Source of the DNA: Eledone cirrhosa
Taxonomy: Eukaryota
Length of the DNA stretch: 64,000 nucleotides
Direction of reading: 5' to 3'
Assembly: GCA_964016885.1 (NCBI GenBank)
Contig: OZ024742.1
Span: 113,584,001 to 113,648,000, forward strand
Shown here: piece after piece, positions 27,165 to 42,437 of the stretch
How positions within the stretch are numbered: position 1 is the stretch's first letter
Layout of the letters: every line of letters starts with the position of its first letter
The notes under the pieces: model-generated
Database searches by the model: none
What the model was told of the DNA's origin: nothing
Seen by the model: only the letters and a program-made list of their open reading frames with translations
Position numbers and translations under genes: made by a program

Positions 27165-28945
27165 ATGCTTTTGGTTATGTGTATATGTGAGTTTTGCGTC
27201 TCTGTGTGTATGCGGGTTCGTACGTATGCAGGGTGTGTGTATATGTATACTTTGTTTTTTGGTTTACGTATCTCCGAGCTTATATGTATTTACATGTAGG
27301 TATGTTTGTGCGCTTGTTATATACGTATTTATTTATTTATATACCTTTATTTAATTATATGTATAGACGCACACACACATATATTTATATATATATTTGT
27401 ATATATCTATATCCAAAATTAAGATAAATTAAATGAATGTAATCCAAATCGAAATTGTGGGTGTCATGCCTTAACGGCGTGCGCTATATCGCCCGGAAAA
27501 TAAGCTCAAAGATGTTGCAGGTCCGAGCATTTTATAATAACTAGAAATTGATTAACATATATATAAATAAATATAAACATGAATAATCACAGGAGATAAT
27601 TTCTACAAGCGTGTAACCACGCATGGCTAGTAGGTAACAAATAAATAAAGTTAACTAGAACTTCAAAAATAGATACCTTTTAATGATTAATCTTCCCTGA
27701 ATATATTCCATTAAAGAAATATATTTCACAAGTTAATCAGATGGTAAGTCACAGAAAGTGGATATTATTGGATTATCAACAAGGAAGAACAATATTACAG
27801 CAATCCATGTTTACACGGCGAGTCAAAATCCTCAACTGGCCGCTACCACGTGTTGTTTTTACACATCTCAGCGGCTTCGACTCAGTGGCGTGAATAGGTA
27901 TTCGACAACTAGAAATAGCAGTCAATTCCTTTCAACAGAGTTAGCTCTACAATTAAGGAGCCGTATTTATATATCTATATCCAAAATTAAGATAAATTAA
28001 ATGAATTTAATCCAAATGGAATATTGTTCTTCCTTGTTGATAATCCAATAATATCCACTTTCTGTGACTTACCATCTGATTAATTGGTGAAATATATTTT
28101 TTTAATGGAATATATTCAGGGAAGATTAATCATTAAAAGGTATCTATTTTTGAAGTTCTAGTTAACTTTATTTATTTGTTACCTACTAGCTATACGTGGT
28201 TACACACTTGTAGAAATTATTTCCTGTAGATTATTCATGTTTATATTTATTTATATATATGTTAATCAATTTATAGTTATTATATTTTTATATATATTTT
28301 TAGGTGTATTTGGTGTATACATTCGTATGCGTGCGGGTACAGGCGTTGCGTGGGTTCTGTATGTGCGTGCGGGTTTTTTGTGTACGTGCGTGTATTTGTA
28401 TACCTATGGTGAGTGTTTTCGCGTAGGCTTGTGTATGTATTTATTTTATTTCATTTACCTCTGTATTTTATTTACTTTATTTTTAGCTCTGAAGCCGAGA
28501 ATCATTCGCTTTCCTAGTTAGAATATTAGTCTACGACTTCAGTTATACCAATTACGTGCATTTGTCTTTGCGTGCAATTGTTCTCCACGCTCCAGATATG
28601 ACGTATTATCTTCGTTTTTTCCGTTCATTGCCAGAAGACGTCTCTATGAACCACCTAATAGGATATTAGTCTACGACATCTTTTATACCATAAACGTGAT
28701 TTTGTCTTTGCGGGAAATTTTTTTCACCACTCCAAATAATGACGTATTATATTCGTTGTTTCCCGTTCTTTGCCAGGGAGCGTTTCCACGAACCAATGTA
28801 TCGTCTTCCTGTTTTCCTCCGATTGCAACGTTTTGTGAAATATTTACTTCTACGTTCACAGATTGACTTTGGTATTTTCAGAAGATCCCGTTAAGGGTGA
28901 AAGCAGCGATTCTTTGCTTAAAATTTAATCTGTTATTTTAATAGA
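27165..28945 (+). repeat. Upstream pseudo-LTR of Naiad-1, interrupted at ~27400-28285
   Basis: 27165-27400 matches ~31290-31530; 28290-28945 matches ~31535-32180. Confidence 0.8.
27400..28285. mobile_element. Rearranged insertion within the pseudo-LTR
   Basis: Direct repeat 27400-27448 / 27968-28018; ~27533-27797 inverted at 28020-28285. Confidence 0.7.
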
Positions 28946-29052
28946 TATTTGCACTACGATTCTTATATATTTGATATATATTTATCCTTATCGAGCCCTC
29001 TTTGTATTTTAGTCTTTAAATTTATTAGTATTACTTATTATGGCTCCCTCGG

Positions 29053-31090
29053 TTGAGCACTCTATTGACTTGTATTCATCATGCAGAAACAACATCAGAA
29101 CATGTCTACAAAGAACCTACCCGTACCAAGCAGGAAAACATACCTAAACATCTGATACAGAAAACAGACGCGTTCATTAAAAGGTTGCGTTGGCGTGCCT
29201 TTTATTTCGAAAATGATGTCTTGGAACTCATATGGAGTATCAACATTTGGTGTAGGAGCAATTCCTTCCAGCTGGACCTGAAGAATAGAATTCGTCGTAT
29301 TAAGGATTCTAATTCCGACAATACTGGCAATCTATATCAAGTGGAGCGCAGTACTTACCATCAACTGCTACATAAGACTGTAACTAAGGATTACCGTAAC
29401 ATTAATCGGAGCGTCATTAATGAAATCAACGATGCTGGGTTTAAAATCACCTCTGATGTCAACATTCTGGACCGGATTGAACATCTGGACCCTATTTATC
29501 CCCACTTTACCCTGAATGATCACAAATCCAATTTTCTGAACAACCTCTTTAGTCGGCTTATTAGCCCTACGAAGTCCAATTTAGGTAGACATAGTAAGTA
29601 AATTGATTCTTGATAGAATTATACCTGAAATTAGAAGTTTGGCCCTCTTGCATTGTGGAACAATTCTTTCGCGGTGATTGATTGGTTTAACGGCATATGC
29701 AACAAGGAACATTGCCGTGTTATCCAATTCGATATCCATAATTACCACTCCTCCATCACTTTACCACTTCTCCTTAGAGCTATCAATCTCGCTAAAACAC
29801 TCACAGTGATTAAGGATTTCGAAGTTGATGTCATCCTCAATGCCCATAAGTCGGTGATTAATTTCGACGACTCTATTTGGATTAAAAAATCTAATAGTAC
29901 TCCATTCGACGTGAGTATGGGCGCCAGCGATTCTGCGGAGGTTACTGATCTTATCGACCATTTCCTTCTTTTCTCTATCAAGGAAGAATTCCCCAACGTG
30001 AGCGGTGGTTTGTACCGTGATGATGGTCTTTTGACCATGATTAAGTGCGGCCCACGTGATTGCGACAGGTTAAGAAAATAACTCACAGCCTTCTTTAAAG
30101 GCTTCAACCTATCCATAGAGGTTGAGGCCAACCTCTCAGTCGTTAATTACCTCGACGTTACCCTCAATGTATCGAATGGCTTGCATTACCCGTATAGAAA
30201 GCCGAATGATACGCTTAATTACATAAGTAACCATTCTAACCGTCCTGCCAGCATAACCATGAGCCTGATAAGAAACGTTTCTTTGAGGCTTTCCCGTCTA
30301 TCTACTAACAAGCATATTTTCAACGACCCTTCCACATATTACAATGAAGCTCTTGCTCTGAGTGGATTTCTCGATAAGATAGCATATACAATGTACGAGA
30401 ATTGACCTAGAAGAAATAGATCCCGACGTATTATATGGTATAACCCACCATATAATATGGAGGGGGCTACACCATTAGCTAATATCTTTCTCTCCCTTAT
30501 TATGAAGCACTTTCCCCCTACACATAAATATAGTAACATTTTTAATAGAAATACTATTAAAATATCTTCCTCTACGACTTCTAACCTTGCACATAACATC
30601 ACAGCTTCAAATCTAGCTAAACTACCTAGCCATAGGAACACGTGCAACTCTGTAGTTAGTACTAATTGTAATCGTAGGAATCGGGTTGACTGCCCCCTAT
30701 CCGGGAAATGCATCTCTAGTAACATTGTCTACAAATGTAAGGTTGAAACACCCACGTCCCGTAGGGCCTACATAGGATTAACCGCCAATAGATTCAAGCA
30801 GCGTCTTTACATGCATACCCATTCTTTTCGTAACCCTTTAAAAAGGAATATGACGTAACTTTCAGCTTATATCTGGAGTCTAAAAGACGACCACACCCAA
30901 TATCAGTTACACTCGGAGATCTTAGCTAGGGCTAGATCATATAACGTAAATAAAAGACCATGTGACCTCTGTGCTGATGAGACCCTGGAAATACTCTACG
31001 CCAAAGACCACATCTTAAACAAAAAATCTGAGGCAATTTCTGCTGGTAAACATAAATTGCACAAAACTTTCCTGTATTACAGCCCCACAT
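29053..31090 (+). pseudogene. Naiad-like PLE 1: RT + GIY-YIG, multiple stops
   Basis: FIKRLRWRAFYF, RLISPTKSNLG, FDVSMGASDSAEVTDL, GLYRDDGL, NYLDVTLN, IIWYNPPY, CNRRNRVDCPLSGKC, IVYKC..YIGLT, CDLC. Confidence 0.88.
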
Positions 31091-31289
31091 TATACCCTAA
31101 CGGAGTGTACGAACTATACGCGGATATTTTACGCCTTGATGTGGTAGCTAAGTATATGTTATGCATATACTATTACTTATTTGTATAGGTAAGTATTTAT
31201 TACCTGTATGTTTTGTGAGGGTACGAATACTTTCTCGAACGTATATTTGATTGTATATGTTATAGAATATATATTATATATTCTGGTAC

Positions 31290-32172
31290 ATATGTTTTTT
31301 GTTATGTGTATACGTGAATTTAGCGTATGTGTGAGTATGCGGGTTCGTACGTATGTAGGGTGTGTGTGTATATGTGTCTTTGTGTTTTGATTCACGTGCG
31401 TCTCCGATCATATGTGTATTCACATGTAGGTATGTGTGTGCGCTTGTTATATACGTATTTATTTATTTATATATGTTTATTTAATTATATGTATAGACGC
31501 ACACACGCACAGACATATTTATATATATATTTTTTATATATATTTTTATGTGGTGTATACATTGGTGTGCGCGCGGGTACATACGTTGCGTGGGTTCTGT
31601 ATGTGCGTGAGGGGTTTTATTGTGTACGTGCGTGTATTTGTATACCTGTGGCGAGTGTTTTCGCTTATGCTTGTGTATGTATGTATATGGATGCGTGTAT
31701 GTATTTATTTAATTTCATTTACCTCTGCATTTTTTTTACTTTATTCTTAACACTGTAGCAGAGAATCATTCGGTTTCCTAGATAGAATTGTAGTCTACAA
31801 CTTCAGTTATACCATTTACGTTGTTTTGTCGTTGCGTGCCATTGTTCTCTCCGCGCCAGATATGACGTATTATCTTCGTTTTTTCCGTTCATTGCCAGAT
31901 GATCTAATAGAATATTAGTCGACGACTTATTTAAACCATAAACGTGGTTTTGTCTTTGCGTGTAATCGTTTTAACCGCTCCAAATAATGACGTATTATAT
32001 TCGTTTTATCCCGTTCTTTGCCAGGAAACGTATCAAAGTATCGTCTTCCTGCCTTCCTCCGGTTGCAACGTTTTTTGAAATAATTACTTCTGCGTTCACA
32101 GATTGACTTTGTTAGTTACAGAAGATCCCGTTAAGGGTGAAAGCAACCATTCTTTACTTTAACATTAATCTG

Positions 32173-32178
<6 letters not shown>
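31290..32178 (+). repeat. Downstream pseudo-LTR / 3' UTR of Naiad-1, ending at (TA)n
   Basis: Direct repeat of the upstream copy; internal ~140-bp tandem duplication; HHR-like motif 32114-32163. Confidence 0.82.
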
Positions 32179-32208
<30 letters not shown>

Positions 32209-32211
<3 letters not shown>

Positions 32212-32426
32212 CTCGACCGACAAGATCGTCGGGCGCCAATCGGCGCCGCTAGTCACAGCACGTCGTGCTTTTTTACCCATAAGATAACGCCATCCCACTG
32301 ACTAGGCGGGCAGGCCGGTACTCATTTCTATAGCGGAGTAAACTGGAGCAACGCGAAACAAAGTGTCATACTCAAGGAAACAACACATCACCCGGTCCGA
32401 GAATTGAACTCACAACCTTTCGATTG

Positions 32427-32430
<4 letters not shown>
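32209..32430 (-). mobile_element. CORE-type tRNA-SINE (second SINE family), head truncated
   Basis: Minus strand GAGTTCAATTC B box followed by GTTTCCTTGAGTATGACACTT (CORE-like); related to 47125-47250. Confidence 0.7.
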
Positions 32431-32461
<31 letters not shown>

Positions 32462-32489
32462 ATCAAAAGATGGTTAAAAGAGTTCCATG

Positions 32490-32560
32490 TATTTTCTTAT
32501 GCGCATTTCAAAAACAAATATCATCATGCAATAACATTTGTGTTTTCATCAGATAAAATA
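32490..32560 (-). ncRNA. Type I hammerhead ribozyme in the Naiad-2 3' end
   Basis: Minus strand TATTTTAT-CTGATGA-(long AU-rich stem II)-GAAA-TGCGCA-TA-AGAAAATA. Confidence 0.75.
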
Positions 32561-32917
32561 GGAAGACCTGATATGAAGGTTAAAAACAATTGTGGATAGT
32601 GCAGTTTTAAATCAACATATGAAAAGTAGTTTAAGATTGATGTGTGATATTGGGGAAACCATTTTTTTTATTATGGAAAAGATGAAAAAGAGGAGGAGAT
32701 GAGAGTAAAAAGTGGAGGGGGGAGGAGTATAATGAGGAAGGATGAGATAGGAGGAGAGATGGGTGATAGAGAGAGAAAGAGATAGCTTTTATAACTGAGA
32801 AAAATGTATTGTTTTACATAGAGAGGTTGAAAAACCGTTGGAAGATAATGTATAAATTAAAAGAATTTGAAAATTAACGGAGAGAAAAATAATGTAAAGT
32901 TAAGGTTTGTATATTGA

Positions 32918-33085
32918 AGGGTTTAATAATATGTGCGCTGAAAAGAAATTGTTAATATGTATTAAGAATAATATTTAAGGGTTTAATAATATGTGCGATG
33001 GAAAGAAAATGTTAATATGTATTAAGAATAATATTTAAGGGTTTAATAATATGTGCGATGGAAAGACAATGTTGATATGTATTAT
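32918..33085. repeat. 60-bp tandem repeat, about 2.8 units
   Basis: gggtttaataatatgtgcg...aagaataatatttaa repeats at 60-nt period. Confidence 0.9.
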
Positions 33086-35484
33086 TAAAAAAAAAAAAAG
33101 TAACTTAAGTAAGGATATATTGTGAGATGAGCATGAAAAAGTTAGATGAAAGGGAGAAAAAAATAATGAATTGAGGATGAATAATCTAACGTCAAAAAAA
33201 ATGTTTATGTTTACGAAGGATTTTGTTCAAGGTGATATAAAGTAAGAATATATTGTATTGTGTAATAATTGTTTCTATGTTAGGCACAGCGAGAAAAGGT
33301 ACAGATTAGGGGTTAGAAATTAAAAGAAAAGGAAAATAAAAGGAAAAGGAAGAAAGGGAAGTGATAAGTAAGAGTGACATTGAATGAGTAACAAGTATTA
33401 TATAATGTATAATAAATAACTTTGAAATAAGGTAGAAAGATGGGTATATTTTTAAAGAAATATATATATATATATATATATGTGTGCCTTTGAGAAAAGT
33501 ATTCTGAATTGATAAAGTTTAGGATATTTGCTCTATACTTTATGGAAAGTTCTGTGGAATTTATACAAGCAGAGAGAAAACAAGTCAGTGCGTCTATTTA
33601 TTATAGAATCTAAATTAGATATAATGGTCAATTTTTCATTTAGACAGAGATTGCAAGTCTTGGATAGAGAACTGTTCAAGTATAAAGAAGAAGAAGAAAC
33701 CTTTTTCCAAGAGATGTTATATTTAATATTTTTGTCTTTCAAAGACCATATGAGTTCTGAGAGAGCCGTATTGGTTCTTTTAAGTTGGTATTTAAAAGAC
33801 GAATGATGATTATATAGACGAGCTTTAAAGGAGGTGGAAGTGGAGCCAAAATGGTGAAGGAATTGGTGTCAGTTATAACTTTACATTCGTAGATTAAGTT
33901 TTTATCAAGACAATGGTTGTTGAGAGGACATTTATTTTTAGCAGGGCAATTGCAATTGCGATTAGAGAGATTATTAACGAGTGACCTAGTGTTATCTATA
34001 GAAGGAATCGGTTTGGAGAAGTTATTTGCGATAGGAATAATAGTTTCTTGATTTAGAATGGGATTAAGAACATTTAGCGAAGTTGTGTTTGACTTTGTAT
34101 TTGGGTTTGCAGAAATTAGACTAGAGTTTACACTGACGTCGGGAGTAGTATTACTATTATTATGATATTCAGTGTTGGAAGGAAGATATTTAGTATTTAG
34201 TATTTTATTGTTGTGTTTAGAGATAATGTTGGAAATGTTGGAGGATGTCGAATAGGAAAATGTTATAGTGTGTTTGTTAAATACTTTACTATAGATATGT
34301 GAGGGAGAGAAGCATTTATTTAAGGCACTAAAGAATAATTTAGGAATAGTATTATTAATAGAGATGGAGAAAGGAGCACTATACCAGATTATGTTTTTGT
34401 ATCTAGGTCTTTTATTAAAGTTATTGGAATGATCATGATTAATTATTCTACTGTAAGATCTTCTAGAATTTGTTTCTTTATTATATTTGATTTTATCAGG
34501 ATAGCCGGCTTTAGAAAGCGTGTTAGTATAGTAATTGGCGTTTGCATCAAATATGTTTTTACTAGAAGATAGGTTAGATATTCTTTTTCCAATATTACTA
34601 ACTATAGCATTTTTAATATTAGTAGGCTGGTTAGATTTAAAATTAACATAATTTAGGTTCTCATTGTTTTTATGGTAAGAGTAACATAGGCCAGTGTCAA
34701 GATTAAGAGATACATCCAAGAAATTAACTAGTTTGATGCTGTTATCACATTCAATTTTTAGGTTATGTTGGTTAAAGAGATTACGTATATTGTTCTTAAT
34801 AATATTAAGGTTAACTATGTTGCAATTTAAGATATTGAAGAGTCCATCGTCACGATAAATTCCACCGCGAAGTTGAGCAATTTTCCGACTCAAAGAGTTC
34901 AAAATAAAGATACCAATTAAATCTGTCAATTGGGATGAATCGGATGCTCCCATTGTGATGTCGAAGTACAAAACCATAAATGTAAGTTCAAAGAAGATTA
35001 ATTAGAACAAACCTGTGGGATAATGCTATCCAAGATGGCTTTACTAACAACCCCCAGATCTGATTTAGTGGGGGCGATTAATCTAACAGGTAGTTCAGTG
35101 CGAACATTTTGTTTGTGATCCTTGAGATTTATTCTCGGAGTTCTTGGGAGGAATGGTTCCGTCTTTTTTTCCGAAGCCAATTTTTGACATAATCTCAGAG
35201 GCTTCAAAGTTTATGGATTCTAAATTAACATGGTTGGTTTTACGATATTTTTTCCTAAGTTCCTTTAGGATAAGGTTGTTATAATTGTCCTTGGAAATAC
35301 CATATACATTATTGGTTTTGTCAGAGGGGACTAAAACATTCTTTGAGGAATTTAGGTTTGAAATTGTGTTCTTGAGATTTACAAGGTGCTCTTTTCCTTG
35401 AAAGGGTATCTCTTGAATTTAAGATTTTTTATAATATTTGTTAACTCTTTATTGCTTTATTGTACTACAATAAAACTCACCTCC

Positions 35485-35547
<63 letters not shown>

Positions 35548-35565
35548 GTATGACTATGTATATAG

Positions 35566-35661
<96 letters not shown>

Positions 35662-35701
35662 GTATGAATAAGTATATAGATACATATATATATATATATA
35701 T

Positions 35702-35883
35702 ATAGGAACAAATGAGACCCCGACGGCTGTGCTCAAGCCCTTTCGACGGCTAATTCTGTCCAGAATTGGCCGTCGAAACGGCTTCAGCTCAGCCGTCGGG
35801 GTCTCATTTGTTCCTATCACCCTAAGTATTGAGTACTTTGGTGCGTTATAGTCCACTTGGTTCCTTACCACATTTCCTTCGTT
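35702..35883. mobile_element. Foldback mini-element H1 (opposite orientation)
   Basis: Arms 35702-35758 and 35761-35817, extension 35818-35883; (TA)n on both sides. Confidence 0.82.
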
Positions 35884-35904
35884 ATATATATATATAGATA
35901 TATA

Positions 35905-35961
<57 letters not shown>

Positions 35962-35979
35962 GTATGAATATGTATATAG

Positions 35980-36044
<65 letters not shown>

Positions 36045-36064
36045 TATATGTATATGCATATGTA

Positions 36065-37101
36065 GCCTCAGTACCCCCACCCCTTCCCTAGTCTATGATA
36101 GATTTGGCGGACTCCGCTTTTTATAGCAGTTGTGTTAGACCTCGGATATTTGCTCCCTTTTCCGACCGCTCCCCCTATTCTCCGTTCCTTCTATATTTCT
36201 TAGTGGCACTTATGCCTTATTTTCTCGTTTCATTATTTCTTTCTTCTCTTTCTTTTTGGGCGGGGTGGATTCAGAATTTATTTTTCCGTATTCTACCTTT
36301 ACTTCGTATGAACTTTCATGTAGCTTGTATAAGATCTTTTGTAGCGCGGCGGTATCTTTAGAGTTAGCCTTAGTATATATATATTTTTTTCCGGACTCAG
36401 AATTATTATCTCGTACTAGTTTACTTTGCTGCACTGTGTGGTTGCTGGCCTTGTGCCCGGGATAGAAACCTTTATTTTTTATTTCGTGGTAGTTTCTTTA
36501 GTATTTTGTCCGCAGTTGTTGACCCGTCACCGTATGATTTACGTACTTATACCTCTTAAAAGTGTCCTTGCTTATTCCGTCCCACCTACTTTATTTACTT
36601 ATTTCGTTATTTCTTTATTTCTTTCTTTATTTATTTCTTTATTTATTTTTTTATCTAGCCTAACAATAGCTAGAGATTTAGGTCGTAGAACTTGCTTTTA
36701 TACTCTTTTTTCTTTACACGTATTCGCTTTTCATCACTCTCAGTATTTTTTCTTTCATATATATATTTTTACTCCTCATTGTTCTACCTACCGTTTCGAC
36801 TTCCTCCCCCTCCCATCCCCAGTTTCTTCTTTGACCTCATGCCCAGCTGTAGCTGGCACTACCAACGCTTGATTGGGTCTACTCCACCCGCTCTCCCTTT
36901 TCTCCCACTGGCAGGTTTAACCACCATCTCCCCTACTAATTTTCAATCACAGAATTACTACTAACTTTTGACAATCACTTTGACCATATATGGAATTACC
37001 CCTTGAGAAGCTCGGCTATTTAAATACCAGGATAAATTTTGATTTAGTCCAGAATTAGCCGCCGAAACGGCTTGAGTTCAGCCATCGGGGTCTTACTGGT
37101 T

Positions 37102-37105
<4 letters not shown>
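36065..37105 (+). mobile_element. Non-coding PLE 3' region (long form of family H1) ending in a complete HHR
   Basis: 3' end 37050-37105 matches an H1 arm; terminates at CCTAT|(AT)n; no credible ORF; 5' boundary uncertain. Confidence 0.6.
36998..37091 (+). ncRNA. Type I hammerhead, U3-A8 core variant
   Basis: ACCCC-TTGAGAA-G..CGGCTA...TAGCCG..C-GAAAC-GGCT..AGCC-ATC-GGGGT; cleavage triplet is GTC in sister copies. Confidence 0.72.
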
Positions 37106-37132
<27 letters not shown>

Positions 37133-37134
<2 letters not shown>

Positions 37135-37321
37135 CGAAGGAAATGTGGTAAGGAACCAGGTGGACCATAACGCACCAAAGTACTCAATACTTGAGGTAGT
37201 AGAGTGGGTAATAGGAACCAGTAAGACCCCGACAGCTGAGCTCAAGCCGTTTCGACGGCTAATTCAGTCCAGAATTAGCCGTCGAAACGGCTTGAGCTCA
37301 GCTGTCGGGGTCTTACTGGTT

Positions 37322-37326
<5 letters not shown>
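37133..37326. mobile_element. Foldback mini-element H1
   Basis: Complementary arms 37211-37265 and 37272-37326, loop AGTCCA, extension 37133-37210. Confidence 0.85.
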
Positions 37327-37396
<70 letters not shown>

Positions 37397-37400
<4 letters not shown>

Positions 37401-38005
37401 TTGAAGTTTGCTTGAAGCATTGTGGAACAATAAGTAAATATATTTAAGTCGTTTGGAAGCCTCGACAATGCAAATGGTAAATCTCCGGGTAACAAGGTCC
37501 GGTGGTGGAGAGAGAGATGTAAGTGGGTCTACGTTGAGATGCGTGGTGTGTATAAGATGTGTGAGATTTGTAGAATGAAGGGAAGAGTATAAGATATAAA
37601 AATAAGTATAACAACACAAGAGAGAGTTACCTTGGGAGAGATTTAATAGTCCCTATATATTTCGGATTCACATCCATCAACTGGGGTTTTTCTCCGGGGT
37701 GGGGGAAAAGGTTGTCTGTCGGACAAGTCCGGAACACGTCTTTCGCTGTTTGTTGATTTGAATATCTGACGTATTCGGCAGAGCACGCGTGCGCGTGAAA
37801 TGGGGTCGGTCGTACAGAGGTCAGCGGCCGAATGAGGAGTGGGATGGCGCTAGCTGTCAGTCCATTCTCTGCCTGTTTGTTAAATGTTACTGTGTGTGTG
37901 TGTGCGTGTGTTGTTGTCTCGCCTGAGTGTGTGTATGTGTGTGTGTGTGTCGTTGCCTTGTTCATCTGTATTGGCAGTGTAGTATGTTCGTATGGTGGAA
38001 TGCTA

Positions 38006-38049
<44 letters not shown>

Positions 38050-39097
38050 TTGTCTCGTTTGTGTGTGTGTGTGTGTGCGCGTGTTGTGTGTTGTTGCATG
38101 CTTGTTAACTTAAACCAGCCATTTCATTTCGCTTCTCTCTGATCGGTTGTTTATTTGCGGTTGCAGTCGTTTGATAAAAAGCGCTTTCTTGATACGTATC
38201 GTGCCGAAGTTTCTTTCAGTCGCTAGAATTGTGACAATGGCCCTTCCGTCTTTGTTTCCGCATTTGTCTATGTGTTTCCGGAAAGACGAGGCCCTGGTTT
38301 TAGTGTGTTCCTTGATCCGGATGTGCAAAGATCGAATTGTACTACCTATGTAGTATTGGTTGCACCTGTCACATTCTATCTTATACACGACGTATGTGCG
38401 TAGGCAACAGTTAACATGGCGTATCAGGCAGTCTCTGAGGGAGCATGCGTCAGTAGATTTTCCGGGTTTCCTGGAGAGGCATCTTCGCAGAGAGGGGCCC
38501 GAGTGGGCCAGGTGGATGTCGAGGCCCTCCCTCAGTATAGTCTTGCGGATAGCGTTGGTGGTTTTCTCGCCCAGGTGTGGCATTTTAAGGAAGCACTTGC
38601 CTTGGGTGTTTCTCTGTCTCTTGCGTCTGGTGTCTCCTATTCTGTCTCCAGCACCTCGAGGAATCGCTTGGTATGAGTGACACCACTCGCGGGATCGCTG
38701 CATCTGTTTTTGATTCGCGCGATCTCGTTCGTGATGTATCCTCTTTTGGAACTGTTAGGGAGGGCGGACTTTAGTGAACGAATAGTTCCCTGCAGGCTGC
38801 CTTTCTGTAGAAGTTGCAGTGGATCCCTCCTTGTTCCGTGATGTTGATTCGGAAGTCGAGGAGGGCAAGTGACCCGTCTTCATTGGGGTGTTCAACACTG
38901 AAGTCAATGTTCTCGTCCGTGTTGTTGAACGTCTCATAGATTCTGTTCGCCGTGTCTTGGGAAGATGTGAGGATGAGGATATCGTCCACGTATCTTGAGA
39001 AAAAGGCTACGGCGTTGGGGTGGCAGGCGTTGAGTGCATGGCTTTCGAGGTTGTCCATGTTTGAGATCGCTAGCACACCTGATAGACTTGATCCCAT
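37397..39097 (-). mobile_element. Penelope/Poseidon-like PLE, 5'-truncated
   Basis: MGSSLSGVLA, FFSRYVDDILI, LLDFRI, FYRK; GIY-YIG VVYKIECDRCNQYYIGSTIRSLHIRIKEH; 3' region runs to (TA)n. Confidence 0.88.
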
Positions 39098-39100
39098 GGG

Positions 39101-41350
<2,250 letters not shown>

Positions 41351-41479
41351 TATATATATATATATATATATATAGTGGTAAACGGAAAAGAAAATGCTGA
41401 CAAATTGTTCACAATGAAAAATAGTTTAATTAGGAGTAAGTGAGAATTAGTAATCAGCTATGGTTTTAAGTGTTACCGG

Positions 41480-41566
<87 letters not shown>

Positions 41567-41650
41567 ATATATATATATATATATTTTATATATATAAATA
41601 TATTATATATATATATATTATATATTATATATATATATTATATATATATA

Positions 41651-41735
<85 letters not shown>
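41480..41735. repeat. Interrupted (TA)n microsatellite
   Basis: Directly visible. Confidence 0.95.
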
Positions 41736-41737
<2 letters not shown>

Positions 41738-42358
41738 CTTTGATAGGGTTCGGCCAGTATTGGCCCTGGCCATGTCTGACTTAATAGCAGCACCTGGCGA
41801 AGTCTTAATAATCAGTGTTTGGGGACCATGGCCCACTCGAGCAAAGAGTTATTGTTTACGGAGACATATCCGAGTGTAGGAGGCTTTTCCGGGATTTGTT
41901 GAAATAATTTAACCAAATACTTCTTGAACTCGATGGGGTCTGTCTCCGCTTTTATGTGTCTTGGTGTAATGTTAAAGAGTGCAATAATTGTGCCGTATTG
42001 TTGTTATGTGATACGATGAGTTTTTGTCGTGGACGGATAGCACGGGGCCCAAGCCTTCTGTTTACATTAAAGGTGATGTCAACATCATTTGGGCAAATCA
42101 GATGGAATATTTCCACGTAATACAGATAATGTAGCGCTCACGGCGACGTTGGAGAGAATAAAGTTTGAGCTTTTCTAATCGACTCCAATAATCAAGGGTT
42201 ATCATGACATCTCTCTTTTTTGTAATTGATCTCTGGGGTGCTTCAACTTTCATGATACTTTGTTTCGTGTGGGGTGACCACAGTGGACAACAGTTTTCAA
42301 GGTGGAGTCGGGCAAAAGTGGAGAAGAGAAGGATAACAGTGTGGATATCTCTCGACTG
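41736..42358 (-). mobile_element. CR1-group LINE 3' fragment
   Basis: Minus strand QSRD..HLENCCPLWSPH..KVEAPQR..LDYWSRLEKLKLYSLQRRRERY..LFN; 3' end abuts (TA)n. Confidence 0.8.
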
Positions 42359-42359
42359 T

Positions 42360-42437
42360 AGAGTAGAGTTGAGATGGAGGGTCTGTGTTTTTTTTCACAT
42401 GTGAGAAAAACCACAGACCCTCCATCTCAACTATACT
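42360..42437. repeat. ~78-bp near-perfect palindrome followed by a dead HHR-like motif (42436-42471)
   Basis: agtagagttgagatggagggtctgtg..cacatgtg..cacagaccctccatctcaactatact. Confidence 0.85.

Larger units (their letters stand above)
32460..35455 (-). mobile_element. Naiad-like PLE 2, 5'-truncated, with internal deletion
   Basis: RLIAPTKSDLG, FDITMGASDSSQLTDLIG, IYRDDGL, NFLDVSLNL, IIWYSAPFS, CNCPAKNKCPLNNHC, CNLCLNEK; (TA)n at both ends. Confidence 0.88.

Noticed and set aside
32918-33085. CRISPR-like array
   Set aside because: Contiguous 60-bp tandem units with no unique spacers, no cas genes, eukaryotic context
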